A DNA stretch of 64,000 nt from Mustelus asterias (Eukaryota). Made by a program: the position numbers and the translations under genes. The notes under the pieces are model-generated. The model saw only the letters and a list, made by a program, of their open reading frames with translations, was not told the DNA's origin and made no database searches. The DNA lies in NCBI RefSeq assembly GCF_964213995.1, contig NC_135830.1, forward strand, positions 17,360,001-17,424,000, in the 5' to 3' direction. Within the stretch, counting starts at the first letter, position 1, and each line of letters starts with the position of its first letter. Positions 1 to 12,680 of this stretch are shown here, in pieces.

Positions 1-142
1 CAGTCCTGGGGTAAACCGGAGAAGCCCAAGCATAATGTTTCCACTGTCATTGCTACTTAAGTGGTAAATTGAGTTGTTTGTGTTTACTCTGGGGTTCGTT
101 TTACGATCCTGCATTGTTAGGAGAAAAGAACGGTTTTTCACG

Positions 143-1214
143 AAGAACAAAGAACAATACAGCACAGGAACAGGCCCTTCGGCCCTCCAAGCCTGCGCCG
201 CTCATGTGCCCAACTAGACAATTCGTTTGTACCCCTCTATTCCCAGTCTGTTCATGTGGCTATCTCGATAAGTCTTAAACGATCCCAGCGTGTCCGCCTC
301 AGTCACCTTGCTTGGTAGTGCATTCCAGGCCCCCACCATCCTCTGTGCAAAATACGTCCCCCTGACATCTGTGTTGAACCTTCCCCCACTCAGCTTGAAC
401 CCGTGACCCCTTGTGTTCGTCACTTCCGACCTGGGAAATAGCTTCCCACTGTTCACCCTATCTATGCCCTTCATAATTTTATACACCTCTATTAGTTCGC
501 CCCTCATCCTCCGTCTTTCCAGGGAGAACAACCCCAGTTTACCCAATCTCTCCTCATCGCTAAGACCCTCCATACCAGGCAACATCCTGGTAAACATTTT
601 CTGTACTCTCCCCAAAGCCTCCACGTCCTTCCGGTAGTGTGGCGACCAGAACTGGATGCAGTATTCCAAATGAGGCCCACCCAACGTTCTATACAGCTGC
701 AACATCATATGCCAACTTTTATATTCTATGCCCGTACAATAAAGGCAAGCATGCCATATGCCTTCTTCAACACTCTCTCCACCTGTGCTGCCACCTTTAA
801 GGATCTGTGGACTTGTACACCCAGGTCCCTCTGTGTGTCTATACTCCTGATGGTTCTGCCATTTACTCTCTCACTGCCCCTTACATTACATCTACCGAAA
901 TGCATCACTTCGCATTTATCTGGATTAAATTCCATCTGCCATTTCTCCGCCCAATGTTCCAGCCTATCTATATCCTGCTGTATTCTCTGACAATGTTCAT
1001 TACTATCCGCAACTCCAGCAATCTTTCTGTTGTCCGCAAACTTCATGATCACACCAGCTACATCTTCCTCCAAATCATTTATATATATATATCACAAACA
1101 GCAGAGGTCCCAGTGCAGAGCCCTGCGGAACACCACGAGTCACAGACCTCCAACCGGAAAAAAGACCTCTCCACTGCTACCGATGGCTAAGCCAGTTCTC
1201 CACCCATCTAGCTA
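143..1214 (-). mobile_element. CR1 LINE, 5'-truncated (3' part of RT ORF2 and 3' UTR)
   Basis: Minus ORFs 726-1073 (KFADNRK...WQMEFNPDKCEVMHFGR) and 214-708 (HLEYCIQFWSPHYRKD...RRMRGELIEVYK) are CR1 RT C-terminal motifs. AGAACAA-type tail at about 143-158. Same subfamily as the copy at 52.9-55.0 kb. Confidence 0.9.
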
Positions 1215-1373
1215 GCTTGTTTTTGGACAGTTTGTTCCAGTGAGTTTGAGGTTTAATTTTTAAGAGTTCTGGACCTGCAGTTTAGTTTTTAGTTTCAACA
1301 GGTGCATCAAGCAAGAAAGAAGCTGAAGTCTTTGTCTCCCTGCTCTATATGGAAAGTCTGTTGGTTATCTCAA

Positions 1374-1578
1374 TAAAAAGTCTCACAACACCAGTTTAAA
1401 GTCCAACAGGTTTATTTGGAAACAGGAGCGCCCTGAGAGCTACTCTTTCATCAGGTGACTGATGAAGGAGCAGCACTCCAAAAGCTCGTGATTTCAAATG
1501 AACCTGTTGAACTTTAACCTGGTGTTGTGAGATATCTAACGGTGCCCACCCCAGTCCATCGCCGGACTCTCCACATCA
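1374..1578 (+). mobile_element. Non-autonomous Penelope-derived palindromic mini-element (inverted pLTR pair with hammerhead-like cores)
   Basis: Inverted repeat arms TCTCACAACACCAG...TCATCAGGTGA / CTGATGAAGGAGC...CTGGTGTTGTGAGA. Flanked by a 12-bp direct repeat TGGTTATCTCAA (1362-1373 and 1579-1590). Same terminal sequence as the GIY-YIG-bearing element at 40.4-41.7 kb. Confidence 0.75.
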
Positions 1579-2269
1579 TGGTTATCTCAAGGCAACGTTT
1601 CACCTTCCAGAAGGAAAGTGCACATCTCGAAACAAAGCAATTCTATTCAATTGAGATTTTAATCTGTGCTGTGTGAAGCCTTTGAAAAGCGTTTTGACTA
1701 TGAAAGGTTTTGGTTTATTGGATCAGGTTTAATATTCAACTGAGGGTTAATTCATCGTTATGGTTGTTTTCTTTCTGTTGCTTTTGTTTGTAATTGATAA
1801 AAGGTATTGCTAATTTTCTGCCTATACATGTTAAATATATTCTTAATAAACTTAGTTTGATAAAAGCTCTGTGGTCGGTTGGTGAATCATACCTGAAGTG
1901 AAACTTATCATATTCATCCGAGCAAAACTTATGGTTCGGGTAGTCTCCAAAAAGAACTTTGAAGTTTTTAACTTGAACCATAACAGAAGGACATGAGGGA
2001 ACTGGAGGGGGTTTTACAACAATCGACAATGGTTTCATGGTCAGCATCACTGAGATTAACTTTCAATTGTATTTTTTGTCAATTGAATTTAAATTCAAAC
2101 AGCTCCTGTGATGGGGTTTGAACCTGTGCACCAGGGCATGAGCCCGGGCTTAAGGGCCCTCCTGGGTGGAGAATTATGATCTTTGCACTGTAAATATCCC
2201 CACTTGTCATTGATGATTGAGACATTGTTGTCCTGTGAGATTTGACTCATTAAGAAGCCGAATCTTCCC

Positions 2270-2990
2270 ATGGAAACATAGAAAATAGGAGCCGGAGGAG
2301 GCCTTTTGGCCCGTCGAACCTGTTCTGCCATTCAGCAGGAAAAAGGAGAAGAACAGTCCAGCAAAGGAACAGGCCCTTCGGCCTCTCAAGCCTGCGCAAA
2401 TCATGATGCCAAAAGTAAAGCAGTATGCACTTACGTAGTCCACTTCCTTTCTTTCCCATTTAATTGATGTATTCGCCGAGGTGCCACTTAAATGTTGTGA
2501 TCGCACCTGCTCCCAGCACCTCCCCAGGCAGTGCTGTCCTGACATTTACTACCCTCTGTTTAAAAAAATTGCCTCATTCATCTCCCCTAAACTTTTACCC
2601 ACACACCTTAAACTTATGTCCCATAGCACATGACTTTTCCACCCTGGGAAGGAAGGACTGACTATCGACTCCGTCCATGCCACTCATAATATTTTAAACC
2701 TCTAACAGCTCGCCTTTCAACCTCTGCCATTCCAGTGAGATCTAACAGAGTTTACGATCCCCATAGCTAATAGCCTCCAGACCCGGTAACGTTCTGTACC
2801 CTCATCTGTACCCTCTCCAAAGAATCCATATCCTTCTTGTAGTGCAGCAACCAGAATTGTACACAGTCTTCCAAATGAGGCCTATGTTTCTGGACAGCTG
2901 CAGCATGACCAGCCAATTTTTATACTCAATTCCCCGACCGACCAAGTCAAGCATGTTTTTCCCTCGTTTAAGAAATGAATCAGGGGTAAT
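2270..2990 (-). mobile_element. Degenerate CR1 LINE 3' fragment(s)
   Basis: CR1 3' UTR/tail motif (ACATAGAAAATAGGAGC...GGCCCGTCGAACCTG) and decayed RT C-terminus (GRGIEYKN...MLQL). Confidence 0.7.
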
Positions 2991-3003
2991 CGAGGAAAAA
3001 AAC

Positions 3004-3225
3004 ATGATGTGGGGATGGCGGTGTTGACTGTGGTACGCACAATAAGATGTCTCACACCAGGTTAAAGTCTAACAGGTTTATTTTGTATCACGAGCTTTCG
3101 GAATGCTGTTCCTTCTTCAAATGAATGGACTCCACTCCACGACCGGATGAAGGAGCAGCGCTCCGAAAGCTCGTGATACCAAATACACTTGCTGGATTTT
3201 AACCTGGTGTTGTGAGATTTCTTAC
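3004..3225 (-). mobile_element. Penelope-derived palindromic mini-element
   Basis: Inverted arms CACGAGCTTTCGGA.../GATGAAGGAGCAGCGCTCCGAAAGCTCGTG with the CTGGTGTTGTGAGA terminus; homologous to 1374-1578. Confidence 0.7.
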
Positions 3226-3229
3226 AGGA

Positions 3230-4370
3230 AAATATAAGCCGCTCTGCCTGAGGTGGGGCAGATTTTTCAGAAGATACCGACGGACATCTATGATCATTAG
3301 CAAGAAAATGTACCAGAAAGTGACAGGCAACATGATTCTGTGCGGGAACGCCATGTCTCACCAATTTGATTGAGTTTTTTGAAGAGGTTACCAAGATAAT
3401 TGATGAGGGAAGGGCTCTGGGTGTACTTTATCTGGACTTTAGTAAGACGTTTGACAAGGTCCCACATAGCAGACTGGTACAAAAACTAAAATCACATGGG
3501 ATTTGGAGTGGGCGTGTTAGATGGAACAGAACTGGCTTATTAGTAGAAGGCAGAGATCAGTGGTGGTAGCGTGTTTTTCCGAATGGATATCTGCACTGGT
3601 GGTGTTCCTCAGGGATCAGTGCTGGGACTTCTGTTGTTTGTCGTATAAATACATGATCTGGAGGAAAATATGAGGGGTCTGATTAATAGATTTGTGGATG
3701 ACATGAAGATTGGCGGAGTTGCTGACAGTTCCCGGAATTGTCAGAGGATACAACAAGATATAAAGAGATTGGGCACAAAAATGGCAGATGGAGTTTAATC
3801 CGGACAAATGGAAGATGATGTATTTTGGAGGAACACATTTAGGTGTGAATTATACTGTAAATGGAAGAACCCTTAGGAAACTTGACATATAGCGGGATCT
3901 GGGCGTGCAGGTCCACAGTTCCTTAGAAGTGGCAACACAGGTGGCCAAGGTGATTAAGAAGGCATATGGCATGTTTGCCTTCATTGGCCAGGGCACTGAA
4001 TAAAGGAGTTGCTAAGTCATGTTGCAGATCTAATAAACCTTGGTTAGGCCGCATTTGGAGTATTGCACGGAGTTCTGGTCACCACACAACCAGAAGGCTG
4101 TGGATGCTTTTGAGGGAATGCAAAGAAGGTTCACCAGGATGTTGCCTGGCCTCGAAGGCATTGGCTACAAGGAGAGGCTGAATAAACTATGATTGCTTTC
4201 AGTGGAAAGGCGGAGGCTGAGGGAAGACCTGAGAGATAATAATGAGAGGCATAAGCAGAATCGATAGTCAGAGCGTTTTCCCCAGGGTGGAAGTGTCAAT
4301 TACAAGGAGGCAAAGGTTCAAGGTGAGAGGGGGAATGTTTAAGGGAAATGTGCGGGGGAAGTTTACAGGA
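3230..4370 (+). mobile_element. Degenerate CR1 LINE RT fragment
   Basis: IEFFEEVTK...YLDFSKTFDKVPH (3366-3569) followed by frameshifted RT C-terminal motifs. Confidence 0.85.
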
Positions 4371-4599
4371 ATATTGGGAATGGAGAGGGGACTGGGATGA
4401 ATGAGGCCGTGGAGAAAGCCAATCACAGAAGGAAAATGTTGATATTGATTGGCTGCCAGAGTAGGAACCAATGTCGATCAATGAGCACAGTGGTGATGGG
4501 TAACCGGGACGCGGTGTGAGTTAGGTTACGGGCAGCAGTGTTGTGAACGAGCTGAGGCAAATGGAGGATTTACGATGGGATTTAATTTTAAGTTTTTGT

Positions 4600-4890
4600 T
4601 TAGTGTCACAAGTGGACTTACATTAACACTGCAATGTAGTTAATGTGAAAATCACCGAGTCGCCACACCCTGACGCCTGTTCGGGTAACACTGAGGGAAA
4701 ATGTTGCAGGGCCAATGTACTTAACCAGCATGGCTTTCGAACTTTGGGAGGAAACTGGAGCACCCTGGGGAAACCCACATAGACACAGAGAGAACATGCA
4801 GACTCTGTACAGACAGTGTCACAAGCCGGGAATCAAATCCAGGTCCTAGCGCTGTGAGGCAGCAGTGCTAAATATTGTGGCACCATGCCA
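4600..4890 (-). mobile_element. tRNA-derived V-SINE (HE1-like), diverged
   Basis: V-domain core GGGAGGAAACTGGAGCACCCTGGGGAAACCCAC and a tRNA-like head. Confidence 0.75.
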
Positions 4891-5554
4891 ACCTATGGAG
4901 AAGGGCATTGGAATAGTCAACCCTGTAACTAACAAAGATGGGAGATGTAATCGGGGTGGAAGAAGGCGGTCTTGCTGATGGGAAACTGAGCTCCGGTGGG
5001 GAAGAATTTCTAAGTTTGTGAAGAGACCGGTTCAGACTTCAACATCAGCTGGGAGAGGGAGGTTTTCAGTCGCGAGGCTCTGAGATCATGATGGGGCCTG
5101 GATGTGAAGGCTCGAATAGATCAATAGCATCGCTCAGCTCTGGCCAGTGCAGGAAATGCCCGTGGAATCCAGATCCCGGCGCAGCCAGAAAGAGAAACTA
5201 ATGTACAACAATCGGATTCTCCAACATTTCTGTCATATAGCTGATTGGTTCGGGTAGTTACAGCACTGTACAGATAGAGAGTCAAGATACCTCTGCTCTG
5301 TTCAGTGAAGCACTCACACAGCAGGTACAACATGAGTACTATACAGAGTACAGCTCCCTCATAGTCTGTGTGGGTATGTGAGCTCAATCAGCCGGGGTAA
5401 GAGAGAGCACGGAGTAAATGAGACCTTTCCTGCTCTGTGTGTGGGACTCGCTCTCAGGGAAATCTCCATCGGGTTCTGTGGCACCAGCACCGTGCTGAAT
5501 GGGATAGATTTCAAACAGAAACCCACTTGGGAGGCCGTGGCTTAGTGGTATTGT

Positions 5555-5805
5555 CATAGAATCATAGAATCACTACAGTGCAGAAAGGGGCCATTCGGCC
5601 CATCGAGTCTGCACAGACCACAATCCCAACCAGGGCCCACTCCCGTAAAGCCACATATTTACACTCCTCATCTTTGGACACTCGGGCTAATTTATCAATG
5701 CTCATCAACCTAACCCGCACATCTTTGGACTTAGGGAGGAAACCGGAGCACCTGGAGGAAACCCACGCTGACACGGGGAGAATGTGCAGACTCCACACAG
5801 ACACT
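5555..5805 (-). mobile_element. HE1-like V-SINE inserted into a DeuSINE-type head
   Basis: CATAGAAT tail and V-domain GGAGGAAACCGGAGCACCTGGAGGAAACCCACGC. It splits GGCTTAGTGGTATTGTCA...TGTCACTGGACTATTAATCCAGA. Confidence 0.8.
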
Positions 5806-6154
5806 GTGTGTCTGTTGTCACTGGACTATTAATCCAGAAACCCAGGATATTGCTCAGGGGACCCGGGTTCGAATCCCTTCGTGTCAGATGGTGAAATTTG
5901 AATTCAGTAAAATAATTGGAATTAACAGCCCAATGATGACCATGAAAGCATACAATCCCTACAGTACCGAATGAGGCTAGTAAGCCAATCGAGCCTGCAC
6001 CCAACAACAAGACCACCCAGGCGTTCTCCCTGTAACTGCACATATTTACCCTGGTAATCCCCCGGAGTCTTATAAAGCCTCAGTATACACCACTGCTTTT
6101 GTATTCTAGTCCTCTCGAAATGAATACTAATATTGAATTTGCCTTCCTACTCAG

Positions 6155-7508
6155 AAGTGATGGCCGAGTGGTTTTATCGCTCGACTATTAATGCTGAAAC
6201 CCAGATTATGCTCTGGGGACCTGTGTTCAAATCCCACCACAACAGATGTTAGAACTTGAATTCAATTTAAAAAAATCGGGAATTAAGTATCGACTGATGA
6301 CCATGAAACCATTGTCAATTGTCGGTTAAAAAAAACACACCATCTGGTTCACTAATGTCCTTTCGCGACGAAAATCTGCCGTCCTTACCTGGTCTTGCCT
6401 ACATGTGACTCCAGAACCACAGCAATGTGGTTGACTCTCAACTGCCCTCTGAAATGTCCTCGCAAGCCACTCAGTTGCAAGAATCGCTACAAAGTCTCAA
6501 CAAAGAAGTGAAACTGGATGGATCACCTGGCATCGACCGAGGCACCGGAAAAGACAAGGGAAAAACAAACAGCCCTATCGACCCTGCAAAGTCCTCCTTA
6601 CTAACATATGGGGGCGAGTGCCAAACATTGGGAGAGCTGTCTCACAGACTGGTCAAGCAACAGCCTGACATATTCATTCTCGCAGGATCATACATTACAG
6701 ATAATACCCCAGACACCACCATTACCATCCCTGGATATGTCCTGTCCCACAGGCTGGACAGACCCAGCAGAGGTGGCGGCACAGTGGTATACAGTCGAGA
6801 GAGAGTTGCACTGGGAGTCCATAACATCGAATCTGGACCCCATGAAGTCTCATGGCTTCAGTTTAAACATGCGCAAGGAAGCGCACCTGTACCCACATAA
6901 ACACAGTGGGTACAAGAGCAGGGCAGAGGCTAGGAATACTGTGGCGAGTAACTCACATCCTGATTCCCCAAAGCCTATCCACCATCTTCAAGGCACAAGT
7001 CAGGAGTGTGATGGAATACTTTCCACTTGCCTGGATGGGTGCAGCTCCAACAACACTCGAGAAGCTTGACACCATCAAGGGTAAAGCAGCCCGCTTGATT
7101 GGTACTACATCCACAAACATCCACTCCCGCCACCACCGACGCACAGTAGCAGCAGTGTGTACTATCTACAAGATGCACTGCAGCAATTCACCAAAGATCC
7201 TTCGACAGCACCTTGCAAACCCACGACAACTTCCATCTAGAAGGACCCGGGCAGCAGATAAATGGGAACACCACCACCTGCAAGTCCCTCTCCAAGCCAG
7301 TCACCATCCTGACTTGGAAATATATCGCCGTTCCTTCACAGACGCTGGGTCAAAATACTGGAATTTCCGTCTAACGGCATTGTGGGTCAACCCACAGGAC
7401 ATAGACTGCAGCGGTTCAAGAAGGCAGCTCACCATCACCTTCGCAAGGGCAACTAGGGATGGGCAATGCATGTTGGCCAGATCATGTCCCACAAATGACT
7501 AAAAAAAT
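6155..7508 (+). mobile_element. Chimeric element: tRNA head + Deu domain (SacSINE1-like) + internally deleted LINE (EN N-terminus joined to RT C-terminus)
   Basis: A/B-box-like head (TGGCCGAGTGG...GTTCAAATCCC); Deu-domain AAATCTGCCGTCCTTACCTGGTC; APE-like PDIFIL...IPGYV...RLDRPSRGGGTVVY (ORF 6427-6900); RT tail ..KAQVRSVMEY..AW (ORF 6906-7502); A-rich end. Confidence 0.65.
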
Positions 7509-8369
7509 ATCAACTCATCTTGCAGATTAACCTATTCAGGTCTTCCGCCATTTTCTGTTCTCCATTACTACTTCTGCAGCATCATTTTCCAGCAGTCCAA
7601 TGTACACTCTTGTCTCTCGCTCCCCCTTTATATATCGAAATAAACTCTTGCAAACTTACTTTATATGATTGGCTAGTGCACCCTCATAATTCGTCTTCTC
7701 TCTACGTATACCTTTTTAGTTGTCCTCTGTTTGTCTTTAAAGTATTCCCACTAAACTTTGCTACATTGTAAGCTTTTGCATTTGCTTTTTATGTTATTCC
7801 TGACTTTCCTCGTCAGCCATGGTTGCCTTATCCTTCCCTGAGTATGCTTCTTCTTGGCATGAAATTTTGCTGTGCCTCCCGAAATACGCCCAGAAACTCC
7901 TGCCTTCGCTATTCCGACCTCTTATCTGTTAGGTTCCTCTTCCAAACAACTCCAGACAGCTCATACCTGTTGTGGGGGTTGGCGCTGTCTGTTGAAATGC
8001 CAACAGACAGAAGCATTTAGGAAAGTCGATCGTCTGAGACCATCATGTGGACAAATTCATGAAGGGATTAGATCAGGTGAGTGTGAAAATGAGGTCTTTA
8101 CCAGATCAGCTGATGACAGAGATCAATGAGAACAAGGATGACGCTAATTGGGACTCGGTGAAAGCTAGTATATGGACAGCAGAGTTTAGGATGAGCTTTA
8201 ACTCTGCAGCTATGTAATTCGGGGATTAGTCAGCAGAGAATAGTTGAGTCGGGATCTGTGACAGTTGGAATGAGGCAAATGATGTTTCTGCTGGTGACAG
8301 TAGACAGGATTCATGATGTAGTGGACAGCACAGGAACAGGCCGTTGGGCCTTCGAAGCCAATGCCAATC

Positions 8370-9200
8370 ATCATTTTTACGGTTTACCAGGCTGATTCCG
8401 GGGATGGCGGGACTGATGTATGAGGAGGGATTCATTAGGTTAGGATTATTTTCGCTTGAGTTCAGATGCATGAGGGGGGTTCTCATAGAGACTTCTAAAA
8501 TTCTAACAGAACTAGACCAGATAGATGCAAGGAGGATATGTCCAATGGTGGGGGAGTCCAGAACCAGGGGTCACAGTCTGAGGATTCGGGTAGACCATTT
8601 AGGACAGAGCTGAGGATACATTTCTTCACTCCAAGAGTGGTGAGCCTGTGGAATTCATTGCTGCAGGAAGTAGCCGATGCCAAAATATTGAAAGTATTCA
8701 AGAGACAGCTGGATATAGCACTTGGGGCGAATGGGATCAAAGGTTATGGGGAAAAAACAGGATTATGCTATTGAGTTGGGCGATCAGCCATGGTCGCAAT
8801 GAATTGTGGAGCAGGCTCGAAGGGCCTCCTCCAGCTCTTATCTTCTATATTTCTATGTTTCTATAATGTCCTCACTAAACAAAAGAAAAGCTACTGCCCT
8901 TACTCTGACCGTATCTCTCTATTCCACCACATCCTCTGGCAGCACGTTCCAGGCACCCACCACACTCTGCTTGAAAAACCTCCCCAGCACATCTCCCTTA
9001 AACGTTATCCCTCTCACCTTGAACCTGTGCCACCTCGTAATTGACACTTCAACCCTGGGAAAAAAGTACCTGACTATCCTCCCTGTCTTTTCCTCTGATA
9101 AATTTGTAGACATCTATCTGGTCTCCCCTCAACCACTGTCTTTCCAGTGAAAACAATTCTAGTTTATTCAGCCTCTCTTCTTAAACAGCACCCACGAGAA
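8370..9200. mobile_element. Two CR1 3' fragments (+ 8370-8860; - 8880-9200)
   Basis: RFTRLIPGMAGLMYEE..LGLFSLE and SRTRGHSLRI on the plus strand; RFKVRG..GRFF..VVGAWNVLP on the minus strand. Confidence 0.8.
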
Positions 9201-9214
9201 CACACAACATATTT

Positions 9215-9990
9215 ATAAATTCATTCGTTGGGCATGGGCGTTGCTGGGTGGCCAGCATTTTAAATTGCCCATTCACAGTTGCCCTTGAGAAGGTGGTTGT
9301 GAGCCAGCTTCTTCAATCGCTGCAGCCCATGTGCAGCGGGTTGACCCGCAACGCCATTTAGGTTGGATTTTCAGTATTTTAACACAGCAACTGCGAAGGA
9401 ACCGATGATGTATTTCCAAACCAGGACGTTAAATGGCTTGGGCGGGAGCTAGCAGGTGGTGGTGTCCCCATGTATCTGCTGCCCTTGTCCTCCTAGGCGG
9501 AAGTGGTCTTGGGTTTGGTAGGCGCTGTCTAAGGACCTTGGGTGAATTGCCACAGTGCATCTGGTAGATAGTACACACTGCTGCTACTGAGCATCGGAGA
9601 TGGAGGGAGTGAATATTTGTGGATGTGGTACCAGGCAAGCAGACTGCTTTGTCCTGGATGGTGTCAAGCTTCTTGAATTTTGGTGGAGCTGCACCTATTT
9701 CGGCAAGTCTGGAGTATTCCATCACACTCCTGACTTGTGCCTTGTACTTGGTGGACAGGCTTTGTGGAATCAGGAGATGACTGACTTGCCGCAGTATTCC
9801 TCACCCCTGACCTGCTCCTGTCGCTACTGTGTTTGTGTGGTGAGACCAGTTGAGTTTCCGGTTAATGGTAGCATCCTGGTGAACTCTCTTTGCACTGTCT
9901 CCAAAGCTTACTCATCCATCAGGTAGTGTGGTGAACAGCATTGCACACAATACCCGAAATGTGGCCTAACCAATGTTTTATATGGCTGCA
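9215..9990 (-). mobile_element. LINE 3' fragment of the same family as 6890-7508, plus a short CR1 piece
   Basis: ORF 9429-9725 (KLDTIQDKA...TNIHSLH..AAVCTIYQMHC) matches ORF 6906-7502. Confidence 0.75.
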
Positions 9991-10199
9991 TGGGATATGG
10001 GGTGAGTAATCAGCTCAAGGTCAAAGGGTTAATCAGTGTGGACCAGCTTCAGGTACAGGAATGGAATAAATGGACAGGGAGCAGAGATAAAGTGTGAAAC
10101 TGAAGTCAATGGACTCCATGCTCCCAAAACTGAAATAAGAAGTTGAGTAATACAATGAAACATATTTGACAAATAGAATAAGTGGAAACAGAGACTTAC

Positions 10200-10404
10200 C
10201 AGGGACACCAACAATAGCAAGGATAGGATAGTAAACCACTTGAATAACAAAGAGAACAGAACGGATGCGAATTGTTAACGGTAACGAACCAAACCAAAAT
10301 TGAGAAAAAGAGAACAGCTCGGAAGCAAAATTCCTGTCCAGTGTTGGAATATACCAATCCATTGTTCCCAGATTCTGATCCATTGTTGGAACATTCCAAT
10401 CCAT
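10200..10404 (-). CDS. Exon 1 of a GPR139/GPR142-like class A GPCR (long N-terminus); exon 2 not found in the window
   Basis: ATG at 10404: MDWNVPTMDQNLGTMDWYIPTLD...VIQVVYYPILAIVGVP G|GTAAGT. The YYP..A..GVP + phase-1 donor matches exon 1 of the two complete paralogs in this window. Confidence 0.7.
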
Positions 10405-10422
10405 TGTTCCCAGATTCTGATC
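10336..10422. repeat. 21-bp (7-codon) tandem repeat in the GPCR N-terminus
   Basis: Alternating units ATCCATTGTTCCCAGATTCTG and ATCCATTGTTGGAACATTCCA, about 4 units. Confidence 0.8.
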
Positions 10423-11429
10423 TCTCCTCTCCCTCCCTCTCTCCACAGCCGCTGATCTCTGTTAGTGTCGGAGTTGTCGCTCCCGATGTCTCAATGGGAC
10501 AACACATTGAACGGAATCCCTTATTAATAGAAGAGGGAAAGCCTTCCAGGCACACTAATCTGATCCATGGAGACTCACATCAACTACAGTCACTAAACAA
10601 ACAGCTTCACTTAACCCTGTTCAATCCAACACTTTTCATATCACAATGGAATAGAACATGTACCCAGCTGGATGATGGTGGAGGTTCACTGAAAGCTGGA
10701 CAAGTGGAAATAGTGGAGACACTGGCCATAAACTTTCAATCTTCCCATTTCGTTCGAAATTAATTTTATGGGATGTGAGTATCACTGGCTATTCCAGGCA
10801 TTTATTGTCCATCGCGAGCTGCTCTCATGAAGGTGGTGGTGAACTCTCTTTTTGAACGACTGCAGCCTGTCCAGTGTTGGTACAACCACAGCGCTGTTAG
10901 GGAGGACATTCCAGGATTTGGACCCAGTGACAGTGAAGGAACAGCTGATCTATTTCCAAGTCAGGATGATGAGTGATTTGCCAACTGTAGTAGTGCGGCC
11001 AATTAAGGGGGCATTTCCTTTGGGCCATGTGTTTAGGCCTGATCCTATGGAGTGTTGAGGTGGGACGCTGAGAAAATCGAGTGCGAGGGCGCATATCCCG
11101 AGCCAGCGGAGGATTGGCAGTTGGAACCAGGAAGGAGAATTGTACAGTTACAGAGTTATTCTATCTGACCATTTGATCAATATACTTATTTGTTTACTGG
11201 CAATAAAACCTTTTCTTTCTGAAGCCTTATTGAGCGGCCCTCGATTTACTACACTCGCAACGAGGGAAAATGCTTTCCAAGACATTGGGAATGACAGAGC
11301 ACAACTAAAGAGGAAGAGACTGGATCATCGAAAATAAGAAGCAAGGAAAAAGTGATCGGCAAATAAGAGCAATTCCACCCTGAAGTGGAAACTGGGGCCA
11401 ATGTATTGCAAGTTTGCATTACTTTTTTC

Positions 11430-12680
11430 CGAATCCCTACAGGTGCAGAAGGAGGCCATTTGTCCAATTGAATCCGACCCACAACAATCCCAAAGTGACC
11501 CTATCCCTGTTACCCCAGTTGTTTACCATACTAGTCCTGTTGTCACTAAGGGGCAACTTAGCATGGCCAATCCATCTAAGCTGCACATATTGGGACACGA
11601 AGGGGCAATTTATCATGGTCAATCCACCTAACCTGCACATAGAAATCATAGAAACCCTGCAGTGCAGAAGGAGGCCATTCGGCCCATCGGGTCTGCACCA
11701 ACCACAATCCCACCCAGGCCCTACCCCACATATTTACCCACTAGTCCCTCTAACCTACGCATCTCAGGACTCTAAGGGGCAATTTTTAACCTGGCCAATC
11801 AACCTAACCCGCACATCTTTGGACTGTGGGAGGAAACCGGAGCACCCGGAGGAAACCCACGCAGACATGAGGAGAATGTGCAAACCCCACACAGACAGTG
11901 ACCCGAGCCGGGAATCGAACCCAGGACCCTGGAGCTGTGAAGCAGCAGTGCTAACCACTGTGCTACCGTGCCGCCCTTTGGAGTGTGTGAGGAAACCCAT
12001 GTACACAAGTTGAGAACGTTCAAACTCCACACAGAAAATCATCGAATCACGACAGAAGAAAAGAAGGCTATTTGGCCCATCATGTCTGTATTGTCTCTCT
12101 GATAGAGCATTTCACACAGATCCTATCCCCACATTGACCCCACTAATACCCCTAACCTGCACATCTTGGGACACTAAGGGGCAATTTAGCATGGCCAATC
12201 CACCTATCCTACATATTTTGAGGCACAAAGGGTACATTTAGCATGGCCAATCAGCCTAAACTGTCCATCTTGGGACATTAAGGAGAAACTTAGAATCATA
12301 GAAACCCTACAGTACAGAAAGAGGCCATTCGGCCTATCGAGTCTGCACCGACCACAATCCCACCCCGGCCCTACCCCCATACCCACCCACGAATCCCTCT
12401 AACCTACGCATCTCAGGACACTAAGCGCAGTTTTTTTTTTAGCATTGCCAATCAACCTAACCCGCACATCTTTAGAATGGACAATCCACCTAACATACAT
12501 ATCTGGAGGCACTAATGGGCAATGTAGCCTTGCTAATCCATATAACCTGCACATCTTTTCAGTGCGGAGGAAACTCATGCAGACATGGGGAGAACCTGCT
12601 GACTCCACAGACAGCCACCCAAGTCTGGAATCAAACACAGGTCCCTGGCGCTGTGAGGCTGTGTCACTGTGCCGCCCCTT
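11430..12680 (-). mobile_element. Cluster of nested/tandem HE1-like V-SINEs
   Basis: Complete copy at about 11637-11976 (head GGCGGCACGGTAGCACAGTGGTTAGCAC on the minus strand). Several partial copies with repeated GGGGCAATTTAGCATGGCCAATCCACCTAACCTGCACATC units. Confidence 0.85.

Noticed and set aside
5121-5400. Non-repetitive island with a GTAAGA donor-like site, as a possible exon or the missing GPCR exon 2
   Set aside because: The plus-strand frames I translated have stops, and no recognisable domain appears on either strand.
11430-12560. Regularly recurring units of about 45-50 bp resembling a CRISPR array or satellite
   Set aside because: They are internal segments of nested V-SINEs in a eukaryotic genome, with no unique spacers or cas genes.
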